Positions 28,823 through 38,050 of a DNA stretch of 64,000 nt are shown in pieces. Positions within the stretch are counted from its first letter, which is position 1. Each line of letters starts with the position of its first letter. Source of the stretch: Planctomycetota bacterium (lineage in GTDB: Bacteria; Planctomycetota; UBA1135; UBA2386); the NCBI GenBank assembly GCA_965223545.1, contig OZ245006.1, positions 1,376,001 through 1,440,000 on the forward strand, in the 5' to 3' direction. Position numbers and translations under genes: made by a program. Below the pieces are notes generated by a model. It was not told the origin of the DNA and made no database searches. It saw only the letters and a list, made by a program, of their open reading frames with translations.

Positions 28823-28919
28823 GTGAACGTACGGAGCCAGGCTCCCGTTCATCACCTCGCGGTCCGGCCGTCGGCCGGACCGCGAGGTGATGAACGGGAG
28901 CCTGGCTCCGTACGTTCAC
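28823..28919. repeat. Perfect inverted repeat, 48-bp arms with 1-nt centre (REPIN-like)
   Basis: 28823-28870 is the exact reverse complement of 28872-28919; lies between convergent genes. Confidence 0.97.
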
Positions 28920-28926
28920 CGTTCCT

Positions 28927-29475
28927 TCAATCGTCGTTGGCGTCTGAGTTGGCGGCCAGCTTGCGGTAGAGCCACGCGCGCGCGAAGGCCCACTCGCGGC
29001 GCACGGTCCGCTCCGAAAGGTCCATGGCCTTGGCGACCTCGGTCTCCTCCAAGCCGGCGAGAAAGCGCAGCCGCACGACCTCCGCCGCGCGCGGACTCAC
29101 CACCGCGAGCCCGCGGATGGCCTCGTCGATCGCCAGCACCTGATCGAGATTGGCAGTGCTGGCGACGTCGACCACGTCGAGGGAAAGCCGCGACAGGTCG
29201 CCGCCCCGCTTCTTGGCATTCTGCTTGCGCGCGTGGTCGATGAGGATCCGGCGCATCGACTCGGCGGCGGCGAGGTAGAACCGGCGCGGGCTCTCCCGCG
29301 CTTCGGTGACCTGGTCGCGCAGCGCGATCCACGCCTCGTTGACCAGGGCGGTCGCCTGCAGGGTGTGGCCCTTGCGTTCGGCGGCCATCTGCCGGTCGGC
29401 GATGCGCCGCAGCTGGGCGTGCACGCTGGCCACCAAGTCGACGCTGGGTTGATCGGTCGGTTGTCGGTCGCTCAT
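28927..29475 (-). CDS. ECF-type sigma factor (TIGR02999-like)
   Basis: HTLQATALVNEAW, MRRILIDHAR, KRGG, VVRLRFLAGL, SERTVRREWAFARAWL. Confidence 0.92.
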   Translation of the reverse strand: MSDRQPTDQPSVDLVASVHAQLRRIADRQMAAERKGHTLQATALVNEAWIALRDQVTEARESPRRFYLAAAESMRRILIDHARKQNAKKRGGDLSRLSLDVVDVASTANLDQVLAIDEAIRGLAVVSPRAAEVVRLRFLAGLEETEVAKAMDLSERTVRREWAFARAWLYRKLAANSDANDD

Positions 29476-29652
29476 CGTGCCGCTGCGCATCGGTGGGTTT
29501 CGCCTCCGCCGACCAATTCGCCGGCTTTGGACAAGAGCGCGAGCAACGCGCCGCCACCGGCCATGATTCTCGCCAAAACCACCGGCTCCGCACGCCCCGA
29601 CTGTCTACATTTGCGGCGCAACGCGAATGCAGCCCGACGCCCGGCAAGCCCT

Positions 29653-31722
29653 CTACCCGCCGCGCAACACGCGCTGCAATGCCTCGATCGCCGGCATGAG
29701 ATCCTGCCGATCCTCGAGCAACGGACGAAAGAGATCGCCGTGTTGCGCGACGCGGTCTGGCACCGTCAACAGAGTCCAGTCCGACAGTGCGAGATCGGAC
29801 GACAGCTCGTCCCAGTGCAGAGGGGTCGACACGGTCCCACCCCGCACCGGCCGCACGGTGTACGGCGGCACGATGGTCTGGCCGCGGCGGTTCTGCATGA
29901 AGTCGAGGTACACCCGACGCCCCCGGGCAGCCATGCTGCGCTCGACCGTGGCGATGTCCTTGTGCTCGGACGCGACCACCCGACAGACGCCCTCACAGAA
30001 CATGCGCGCCTGGTCATAGCTGTAGCCATCGACCAGCGGCACGTACACGTGCAACCCGGTACTGCCCGACGTCTTGACCAACGGCCGCAGCCCGATCCCG
30101 CGCAGCAGCTTGCCCGTCTCGCGCGCCAGCTTGACGACGTCCTGGAACGGGGCGGCCTTGGGATCGAAGTCGATCACCGCGTAGTCCGGCGACTCCAGCG
30201 CGCTGCGCCGCGACATCCACGGGTGCAGGTCGATGCTGCCGAGATTGATCAGGTACAGCAGCGTATCGCGGTCGTTGCAGACCATGTGCCGCACTGGTTC
30301 CTCCTTGTGGCGGCGCTGGATCCACTCGGTGGCGACCCAATCCGGACAGCCGTCGGGGGCGTTCTGCTGGTAGAAGTTCTTGCCCTCGATGCCGTCGGGC
30401 CAGCGATAGAGGTGGATGGGCCGCTCGTGCAGGTACGGCAGCACGACGTCGGCAACCTCCTCGTAGTACGCCAAGAGATCGCCCTTGGTGTAGCCCTCGG
30501 CGGGCCAGTAGACCTTGTCGAGGTTGGACAGCTCGACCCGCGCCGGCCGTCGCCGTGCCCCGGCGGTCTGCCGCCGCAGGGCCTGCTGCACGTCCTCGGC
30601 GGGCGCCGCGCTCGCGCTGGACAGGTCGAACCTACGCCAGTCTTGCGACGATCCGCCGCTGTACGCGCTACCGCTGCGCTTGGCGACGACGCCGGGCAAG
30701 CCCGCCGCTTTGACCGATTGCGCCAGCTCGACGCCGCGGCCGGTGACGTGGTCTACGTACAACAGGCTCTTCTGTCGCCCACCGAGGACGGCGACCAGCG
30801 CGGCCTTGCGATCCAACAGCGGCAGCGGTCGCAGATCCCAGCGATCGTAGTGCAGCAGGTCGAACGCGTAGAACGCAACGGTCGCCTCTGCGCCGCCCGC
30901 CAACACGCGCTCGAGCAACGCGCCATCGGGACGCCCGGTCGCGTCCATCGCCACCAGCACGCCATCGATGTACGCATCATCGGCGCGCACCTTGCCGAGC
31001 TCGTCGACCAGCGACGCGGCCGCCTCGGCGACCCCCCTACCCGCGGCGCCGGCAAACCCGACCTGACCGTCTCGTACGCGGGCCATCAGGCGGCGACCGG
31101 CAAACAGCATCTCGAACACCCAACCCGGGTCGGAGAACGGCTCCACCGTCGGCCCGGCGGTCATCGGCCTCGGGGCGCGCGCCGGCATCTCTCGAGTGTG
31201 CGCGGCGTCGAGGTTCATCGACAACGGCAGCACGCCCTCGGCACGAGCGTGGCGGTCGCGCGCCTTGAACAACAGCCAATTCTCCTTGGTGCGCACGCAG
31301 TGCCACTCGCCGCGCAGCCGCTTGCCGTAGCAGACGATCTCGAACTTGCCGGTCTCCACCTGTGCCGCCCAATCACCTTCGGTCAGCATCCGGTAGTGAC
31401 CGTGATCCCAGATGGTCATCGTCCCCGCGCCGTACTCGCCCTTGGGGATCATGCCCTCGAAGGTCTCGTACTCGATCGGGTGATCCTCGGTGCGCACCGC
31501 GAGGTGCTTGTCCGCGGGGTCGTAGGAGAAGCCCTTCGGCACCGCCCACGACTTCAGCACGCCATCCATCTCCAACCGTAGGTCGTAGTGCAGCCGGCGC
31601 GCCTCGTGCCGGTGGATGACGAACACGGCCTCGCCGGGGCGCGGCCGCGCCGGGGCGGGCGCCGGCTCCGGAGTTCGGCCGAAGTCGCGCTTGGCTGCGT
31701 ACTCGTCGAGGCCTCCGGACAT
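29653..31722 (-). CDS. ligD: LigD-like protein: phosphoesterase - degenerate ligase - polymerase
   Basis: PE: HEARRLHYDLRLE, SWAVPKG. POL: LSNLDKVYWP, IDFDP, KTSGSTGLHVYVP, YLDFMQN. Central ligase-like region lacks KxDG. Confidence 0.92.
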   Translation of the reverse strand: MSGGLDEYAAKRDFGRTPEPAPAPARPRPGEAVFVIHRHEARRLHYDLRLEMDGVLKSWAVPKGFSYDPADKHLAVRTEDHPIEYETFEGMIPKGEYGAGTMTIWDHGHYRMLTEGDWAAQVETGKFEIVCYGKRLRGEWHCVRTKENWLLFKARDRHARAEGVLPLSMNLDAAHTREMPARAPRPMTAGPTVEPFSDPGWVFEMLFAGRRLMARVRDGQVGFAGAAGRGVAEAAASLVDELGKVRADDAYIDGVLVAMDATGRPDGALLERVLAGGAEATVAFYAFDLLHYDRWDLRPLPLLDRKAALVAVLGGRQKSLLYVDHVTGRGVELAQSVKAAGLPGVVAKRSGSAYSGGSSQDWRRFDLSSASAAPAEDVQQALRRQTAGARRRPARVELSNLDKVYWPAEGYTKGDLLAYYEEVADVVLPYLHERPIHLYRWPDGIEGKNFYQQNAPDGCPDWVATEWIQRRHKEEPVRHMVCNDRDTLLYLINLGSIDLHPWMSRRSALESPDYAVIDFDPKAAPFQDVVKLARETGKLLRGIGLRPLVKTSGSTGLHVYVPLVDGYSYDQARMFCEGVCRVVASEHKDIATVERSMAARGRRVYLDFMQNRRGQTIVPPYTVRPVRGGTVSTPLHWDELSSDLALSDWTLLTVPDRVAQHGDLFRPLLEDRQDLMPAIEALQRVLRGG

Positions 31723-31816
31723 CGCATCCACGATAGGCGCGGCAACGGGGGGCAGCGAGCCCGGACATTGTCCCGACTGGCTTCCCGTCGCAACGCCGGC
31801 ACCGTACCAGGTCGTC

Positions 31817-32755
31817 ATGAGACGATCGCCGCCTCCGTACACGCCCACCCTCTTGGTCTCACTGCTGCTCACCGCCATCGGGGCCGCGCAGACCACCACC
31901 CGCCCCGCGCCGGTGACCTCGGTCGCGGGCGGCGCCGCGCAGCCGCCGCAGGGCCCGGTGTGGCGCAGCCCGGGCCTCGACGCGGACCTGCTGCGGATCG
32001 AGGCCGGCGCGCGCTCCGCGCCGCGCACCGCCCAGGGCGACACGCTGCTGCACGTTCTCGAAGGAGGCGGCACGGTCGCGATCGACGGCGGCAGCCACGC
32101 AGTCGAAGCCGGCAGCCTGGTGCGCATCGGCGCCGGGGCGCGCTGGTCCCTCGACGCAGAGACCGCGTTGCGCTGCTTGAGCGTGCGCTCGAACGCCGTC
32201 GCCCACTCGGGCGGGATGGCCGCCGGGCCCCGGCCCACCGAGCAGACGCCGTATCCCGAGACCAGCCCGCGCGGCTCGGCGCGCATCTTCTACTGGTACG
32301 GACCCGGGTCCGCGGGCCAGGTCGACCTGGACTACGGCCGGCCGCGCTGGCAACCGAAGTTCGAGCAGTTCGTCGGCGGCAAGGGTGCCGCGCGCTGGCG
32401 GCTGGGCCAGAACTTCTGGACGCGACTCGACACCAACATCGGGCTGCGATTCGGCGCGGTCGAGCTCGCACCCGGGACCCACTATCTGGTGTTGGCGCGC
32501 GCCGCGGACGGCGAGCTCGCCCTGGTGGCGCTCGATCCCGCCGCGGTCCGCGCAGAGCGACTCGATGCATGGCACGCGCCGAAGACGCAAGGCGGCCAAC
32601 GCATTCCGCTCGACCACTCCCGCACAGAGGACCGCGCGGAGTTCCTGCTCTGCGCGCTCGCGGTGGACCGCGAGCGCCGCGATCGCGCGCGCCTCGACAT
32701 CTTCTTCGGTCCACATCACCTGCAGACCGACTTCGACATGCTCGCGCAGCGCTGA
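31817..32755 (+). CDS. Secreted cupin + DUF2911-like protein
   Basis: Signal peptide; cupin-like LHVLEGGGTVAIDG; SPRGSA, LDYGRP, WRLGQN, LAPGTHYL resemble DUF2911. Confidence 0.7.
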   Translation: MRRSPPPYTPTLLVSLLLTAIGAAQTTTRPAPVTSVAGGAAQPPQGPVWRSPGLDADLLRIEAGARSAPRTAQGDTLLHVLEGGGTVAIDGGSHAVEAGSLVRIGAGARWSLDAETALRCLSVRSNAVAHSGGMAAGPRPTEQTPYPETSPRGSARIFYWYGPGSAGQVDLDYGRPRWQPKFEQFVGGKGAARWRLGQNFWTRLDTNIGLRFGAVELAPGTHYLVLARAADGELALVALDPAAVRAERLDAWHAPKTQGGQRIPLDHSRTEDRAEFLLCALAVDRERRDRARLDIFFGPHHLQTDFDMLAQR

Positions 32756-32776
32756 CGCTGCCGGCAGAATGCGGCG

Positions 32777-33406
32777 ATGCCCGCCACCCTCGAAACCCTG
32801 CGCCGAGCCCGCTGCTCGGCGATCCTGCGCACTCAACACGCCGACGCCGTCGCGCCGGCAATGCAGGCCGCCGTCGACGGCGGATTCAGGGTGGTGGAGT
32901 TCACCCTCAACACACCGAACGCGCTGCAGCACATCGAGACGTTTGCCGGCGACGAGCACCTGCTGGTCGGCGCCGGCACCGTGCTGAGCACCGACGATGC
33001 CCGCGCCGCGCGGGACGCCGGCGCGCGCTTCTTGGTCTCGCCGGTGGTCGACGAGGCGGTGATCGACTACGCGGTGCAGCACGACCTGGTCGCGATTCCC
33101 GGCTGCGCCACGCCCACCGAGATGCTCCGCGCCCACCGCTCCGGCGCGCAGATCATCAAGCTGTTCCCGTCGCCGGCGGACGGCCCCGCGACGGTGCAGT
33201 CGATCCTCGGGCCCATGCCGTTCTTGCGCATCTTCCCCACCAGCGGGGTCACCCTCGAGAACGTCACCGCCTACTTCGCCGCCGGCGCGTTCGGCGTGGG
33301 CTTCGTCACCTCACTGTTCGCCGCCGGGGACGTCGCGGCGGGCCGGTTCGACGCCATCCGCGAACGCGCGGCGGCGATGACCGCCGCCGTCGCCGGCGCC
33401 CCCTGA
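32777..33406 (+). CDS. eda: KDPG/KHG aldolase
   Basis: VEFTL, VGAGTVL, FLVSP, PGCATPTE, KLFP, PTSGV. Confidence 0.9.
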   Translation: MPATLETLRRARCSAILRTQHADAVAPAMQAAVDGGFRVVEFTLNTPNALQHIETFAGDEHLLVGAGTVLSTDDARAARDAGARFLVSPVVDEAVIDYAVQHDLVAIPGCATPTEMLRAHRSGAQIIKLFPSPADGPATVQSILGPMPFLRIFPTSGVTLENVTAYFAAGAFGVGFVTSLFAAGDVAAGRFDAIRERAAAMTAAVAGAP

Positions 33407-33414
33407 CCGCAGCC

Positions 33415-34746
33415 TCACTTCGGCGCCGGAGGCGGCTCGCGCTGCTGCAGCGCGCTCCACAGCCGGCGCTCCGCGCGCCGGAACAGCAGCGCGACCCGGT
33501 CGGCGTCGGTGACGCCGTCCGCCGCGGGACCAGCCTCGCCCCGGTGCGCGCGTTCATACAGATCCTGCAGCTGCGCGGCAGCATCCGCGGCGGACTGAAG
33601 CCGCGGCGGCTGCGGCACCGCCAGCGCCGACAACCGCGCGCCGTCGTCCAACAACTCGGCCAAGGCGCGCGCGTCGCCCGGCGCGAACCACGCGCAACTG
33701 CCCTCGGCACCGTGCTCTCGATAGGCGGGCAGGTCGGAAGCCAAAACCGGCAGCCCCAACAGCAACGCCTCGTCGAGGATCAGTCCGTAGGACTCGTGAC
33801 AGCACGACGCCAGCACCGCGTAATCGGCATCGGATCCAGCCAGATCCTCCGTGGTGAACCCACCGCGAAACTCGACCCGCAATCCCGCGGCCGCGGCGTG
33901 CAGCTGCTCGCGATAGGCCGCGTCGTGGGCCTCGCCCCAGACCTCGAGGCTCCACTCGTCTGCTGCGCGCCGCATCGCCGCCAGCACCACTTCCAGCCCC
34001 TTCTCGGGGTAGAGCGCACCCCACACCAAGAGCCGCCGCCCGCGCGGCGCCGGCTGTGGGGGGCGACGCGGTGGCGACCGCAGCAGCGGCGGCGGCGTCA
34101 CCGCGACCTCCCCGAGCGCCCCCTCGGAGAGCTCCGCGAGGCCGCGCGCATGCGCGCCACTCGGCGCGCACAGCAGGTGCGCCGCCGCCAACTCCGCCGC
34201 GAAGTCACGGCGGTGGAAGGCGAACGCCTCGGCGCGCTCCGCGGCCCCGACGTAGGCCGGCACCTCGGGCGGCTCGGCCCGCGTGGCACCGATGCGCCGC
34301 ACCGGCGTCGCCAGCACCGAGTAGTAGTCGTGCAGCGTCACCGCGGTGAGCGCCCCGGCCCGACGCGCGATCCGCGCCAGGTCCGAGGTCAACCGCACCC
34401 AATGGTGCACGTGCACGACATCGGGCCGCTCGGCCGCCAGCAGCTCGGCGAACCGCGCCGACACCGCCGGCGCGTGCGCCTTGATCCAGCCATCGTGGTA
34501 CAGGTCGTCGCGCGCCAGCCGACAGACGGACAGCCCGTCGACGACGTCGCGCGTCAAGGCGACGGCCTCCGAAACCGCGAGCACGCCGGCCACCACGACG
34601 ACTTCATGGCCGGCGGCCAAGAAGGCGCGCGCCAGGGCCTCGACGGTGTTCTCCGTGCCGCCGCGCAGCTCGGGGGGGAAGCCGTGCACGCAGAGCAGGA
34701 TCTTCATCGCGCGCGGCAGCTTAGGCGCAGGCGCATCCCGGGTCAC
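33415..34746 (-). CDS. GT4 (GT-B fold) glycosyltransferase
   Basis: HGFPPELRGGTE, PDVVHVHH, ESYGLILDEA. Confidence 0.9.
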   Translation of the reverse strand: MTRDAPAPKLPRAMKILLCVHGFPPELRGGTENTVEALARAFLAAGHEVVVVAGVLAVSEAVALTRDVVDGLSVCRLARDDLYHDGWIKAHAPAVSARFAELLAAERPDVVHVHHWVRLTSDLARIARRAGALTAVTLHDYYSVLATPVRRIGATRAEPPEVPAYVGAAERAEAFAFHRRDFAAELAAAHLLCAPSGAHARGLAELSEGALGEVAVTPPPLLRSPPRRPPQPAPRGRRLLVWGALYPEKGLEVVLAAMRRAADEWSLEVWGEAHDAAYREQLHAAAAGLRVEFRGGFTTEDLAGSDADYAVLASCCHESYGLILDEALLLGLPVLASDLPAYREHGAEGSCAWFAPGDARALAELLDDGARLSALAVPQPPRLQSAADAAAQLQDLYERAHRGEAGPAADGVTDADRVALLFRRAERRLWSALQQREPPPAPK

Positions 34747-35666
34747 TCGCTTCGCACGCCTCGCCCGAGGTAACGCTCGACGTCACGGGCCGTGACCCGC
34801 TGCCCGCGAATGCCGGCGAGGATGCCGCGCGCCTTCGCCATCATCGCCGCCCAACCGGTACCCCCCACCCAGGTCAACGGCCATAGAACGACCTCGAACA
34901 CTGCAAAGGCCAACCAATCGCGCGGCCGGCCGTGGCGCCGCAAGTAGTGCACCGAGTTGACTCCCGACATGTACTTGCGCATCGGCGACCGTCCGCCGCC
35001 CGACGAAGCGCTGGATGCGTGCACGACACGCACCCATGGCAACCACAAGACCGTCCATCCGCGATCGCGCAACCGTTGCCCGAGATCGACGTCCTCCCAG
35101 TACATGAAGTAGCTCTCGTCGAGGTCGCCGACGTCGGCCAGCGCGCTCAGCCGATACAGCGCACACGCGCCCGGCATGAAGTCCACCGCCTCTGGCCCGG
35201 CGTCGAGCGGCGCGGGCTCCTCGCCGAGTCCGCGCAAGCGCAGCATGTTGGGGTGGAACGCCAGCGCACCGCCCTGACACCAGGCGCGCCCGTCGGTGCG
35301 CAGCATGGTCGGGCCGACGCAAGCGATCCCGGGATCGTTGCGCAGCACCCGCACCATCGGCGCCAAGAAACCGGGCTGCAGTCGCAGGTCGTTGTTCAGC
35401 AGCAGCACGAACTCGGCGTCGCGCTCGCGCGCCCAGGCCAGGCCCCGGTTGATCGCGGCGCAGTAGCCCACGTTGGACTCCAAGGACAACAGCGTGAAGT
35501 CACCGGGCCCAGCAGCCAGGCGAGCGCTCGATCCATCGCCGGAACCGTTGTCGATCACCAAGAGACTCAGTGCGGCCTCGCCACAGTCGGCGATGTCGGT
35601 CATGCACTGCAACGTCAACTCCGGCTGGCGCCAGTTGAGCAAGACCCCGACCACGGTGGGCGGCAT
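34743..35666 (-). CDS. GT2 glycosyltransferase
   Basis: LNW, IDNGSGD, LLNND, YFMYWEDVD. Confidence 0.92.
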   Translation of the reverse strand: MPPTVVGVLLNWRQPELTLQCMTDIADCGEAALSLLVIDNGSGDGSSARLAAGPGDFTLLSLESNVGYCAAINRGLAWARERDAEFVLLLNNDLRLQPGFLAPMVRVLRNDPGIACVGPTMLRTDGRAWCQGGALAFHPNMLRLRGLGEEPAPLDAGPEAVDFMPGACALYRLSALADVGDLDESYFMYWEDVDLGQRLRDRGWTVLWLPWVRVVHASSASSGGGRSPMRKYMSGVNSVHYLRRHGRPRDWLAFAVFEVVLWPLTWVGGTGWAAMMAKARGILAGIRGQRVTARDVERYLGRGVRSE

Positions 35667-35748
35667 CCATCGGATCGTCGCCGACCCGGTCGCCCTCCGC
35701 GAGCACTTCTCCGCGCGCCGAGCTGGCGGTCGGTGGCCCCGACCCCGC

Positions 35749-36390
35749 TCACTCGGCGGCGAACGCGAGGGTCGGCTCCCGCTCGACGCTCGCCCCGCTT
35801 GCCACTGGCGGATCGCCGCTCTCCAACGCCGGCTCGCCCACCGGGCCGGCAGTGCGCAGCAGGCCGAGGCCGATGCCCGCCGCCGCGACCAGGGCCCACA
35901 ACATCGTCCTCGCCGCGGCCCCCCCGCGCGCTTCGTCGGTAGGGCCGCCCCCCGACCGCATCAAGCGGGTCATGGTCTCGACCGGCAGCGCGCCGCGCAC
36001 GCCGAACGACATCGTCGCCGGCAACGCCGCCATCAGACGCGCGCGATCGGCGCCCGTCATGCCGGCCAGCAGCTGCTCGCGCAGCAGCGTCTGGAGGCAG
36101 CTGCCCAGCTGCGACCGCCCGGCCAGCGGCGCGTCACGCGACCCGCCCTCATGAGTCTCGTCGCACAGGCGGGTCAGGGCCTCGCTCATCGCGCGCTCCA
36201 CCCGGCGCTCGACATCACCCACTGCCAGCTGGGTCAGCGCGCGCACCGCCGCCGCCCATGCCGCTCCGCCGTAGCGCAGCAAGAGCACTGCACGCGCTTC
36301 ACCGCGACCGGCACGCATCTGCTCGACCACCTCCTGGTCGAGCATGATCGGGCCAGCGGCGCTGGCCACGAGGGGGAGAGAGGCACTCAT
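35749..36390 (-). CDS. Hypothetical protein with degenerate ECF sigma region-2-like N-terminus and C-terminal TM helix
   Basis: DQEVVEQMRAGRGEARAVLLLRY...GRSQLGSCL pattern; hydrophobic MLWALVAAAGIGLGLL. Confidence 0.45.
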   Translation of the reverse strand: MSASLPLVASAAGPIMLDQEVVEQMRAGRGEARAVLLLRYGGAAWAAAVRALTQLAVGDVERRVERAMSEALTRLCDETHEGGSRDAPLAGRSQLGSCLQTLLREQLLAGMTGADRARLMAALPATMSFGVRGALPVETMTRLMRSGGGPTDEARGGAAARTMLWALVAAAGIGLGLLRTAGPVGEPALESGDPPVASGASVEREPTLAFAAE

Positions 36391-36512
36391 CGTCGGACAG
36401 GCTTGGATTGGACTCCGGGGGCATCTTCCCAAACGCTGGAATGACGGTCCACGGCCGTGGTTTCCGACAAAAACCGAGACACCGAGTCAGATCTCCGCAC
36501 CGCAGAGCACGG

Positions 36513-37565
36513 TCAACCGCACCATCGACGGATCAAGCGCCAGTAGCCGCCGTAGATCGCGTCCAGACCACGCCGCACGACAGCGGAGAATCCCTGATCG
36601 GCAATCCCCGGGTGCAAGGTCAGCGGAGCAGCAACCAGCAGCTCGCGGTCGGAAACCGTGCGGGCCGCCTGCACTCTCGCCCGCGCACGCGCGAGGCTCG
36701 GCAGCAGCCGCAACAGCGAGAGCTTGCCGCGCAACCACGCGATCCCGTGCCCCTTCCCCAACGCGAACGCGAAGTGCGAGGCCGTGTAAAGAGATTGTAT
36801 CGGGAGCAGCAGGAGCAGCGAACGCCAGTGCAGGCAGGTGAGCAGGATCGCCCAGCGGTTGCGGCTGTGAAAGTAGGTGCGCGCCGGGTGCAGCTGACCT
36901 CCGGCACGGTGCGACAGACCGGCGGTGCCGCCGCGGTGTCGCACCACGGCGCGCGGTTCCAGCCACAGCCGCGCCCCGGTCAGCCGCAGCCGCCAGGCGA
37001 AGTCGGTGTCCTCGAAGTAGAAGAACAGCGACTCGCGAAAGCCGCCGACTGCATCGAAAGCGGAACGGCGCACCAGGATGCAGAGACCGACTACGCCGCC
37101 GATCTCCACCGCCTCGTCATCGGCGTCCGCCAGCGGACCGAAGAAGTTCGCCAGCAGAAGAAGACCCAAGACATGTAGCCGCGACGCGTCGTAGTGGATG
37201 GTGTCGGGGCGATCGGCACACAGCGCACGCGCCTGCACGACCGCCGCGCCGGCCTCTTCGAGCCGCGCGCACAGCGCGGCCAGTGCGCCCGGCTCGAGGA
37301 CCACGTCGTTGTCGACCAGCAAGACCCGCTCGTGGGAGGCCGCGCGGACGCCGGCGTTGCGCGCCGCGCCGGGGCCACCGTTGCGCCCGGTGTCGATGAC
37401 CTTGGCGCGGGGAAAATGCTGAGCGACCCACTCGCGCGAGCCGTCCTCTGAGTGGTTGTCGACCACCAACACCTCCCCCGGCGGCGGATCCTGTGCGAAC
37501 AGCGACTCGAGGCAAGCGCGCAAGTAGTGCTTGCCATTCCAATTGACGACGACCGCGGAGACCAC
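36513..37565 (-). CDS. GT2 glycosyltransferase
   Basis: VVVNWNG, VDNHSED, VDND, FFYFEDTD; start set at GTG 37565 because the longer ORF begins inside the repeat. Confidence 0.9.
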   Translation of the reverse strand: MVSAVVVNWNGKHYLRACLESLFAQDPPPGEVLVVDNHSEDGSREWVAQHFPRAKVIDTGRNGGPGAARNAGVRAASHERVLLVDNDVVLEPGALAALCARLEEAGAAVVQARALCADRPDTIHYDASRLHVLGLLLLANFFGPLADADDEAVEIGGVVGLCILVRRSAFDAVGGFRESLFFYFEDTDFAWRLRLTGARLWLEPRAVVRHRGGTAGLSHRAGGQLHPARTYFHSRNRWAILLTCLHWRSLLLLLPIQSLYTASHFAFALGKGHGIAWLRGKLSLLRLLPSLARARARVQAARTVSDRELLVAAPLTLHPGIADQGFSAVVRRGLDAIYGGYWRLIRRWCG

Positions 37566-37589
37566 GCCGGAAGCCGGCGACTGTAGCTG

Positions 37590-37982
37590 GATGAGCCTCC
37601 GGCGCCTCGAATCTTCGAGCGTCGACAACATTCTCGAGGCGACGTCGCCGCCTTGGCAGCGACGCTGCCGCGCCGGAGGCTCGGAGAGACAGTGCCTCCT
37701 GGCTCAGCGCGGCGGCGGATGTGTCCGGTCTTCCAAGCCGCTCCGGGAAAAGCGGCATCCGAGTTTGGTTGCGGCCGTGGCCGCGCTGAGCCTCCGGGGC
37801 CGAGAGTCTTCGCGCGGCGACAACACTTCCGAAGGCCGGTCGTCGTCGGGACTTCCGTACCGCAACTCCCGGCCGCTCGAAAGTAACACGGGCGTCTGCG
37901 GTCAGCGCGGCGGCGGATGTGTCAAGCCTTCCAAGCCGTTCCGGCGGCATCCGAGTTTGGTTGCGGCCGGGCCGCCCTGAGC
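37590..37982 (+). repeat. Modular intergenic repeat, locus 2 (module B, linker, module A, linker)
   Basis: Near-identical blocks to 4020-4221 and 3819-3940. Confidence 0.9.
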
Positions 37983-38050
37983 CGACCGATCCGCCCCCGG
38001 AGGTCGGCGCCAACGACGCGACTCTTGCGGAATCGCCGCTGGCGGCGACG

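Noticed and set aside
28731..28969. Small ORFs with matching peptides on both strands (VNVRSQAPVHHLAVRP)
   Set aside because: An artefact of the perfect palindrome.
37531..37980. Repeat-encoded peptide (LSLRR...HPSLVAA) seen in the ORF track at several loci
   Set aside because: Differences between copies are largely non-synonymous, one unit is 191 bp (frame-breaking), and there is no consistent start; similarity is explained at DNA level.
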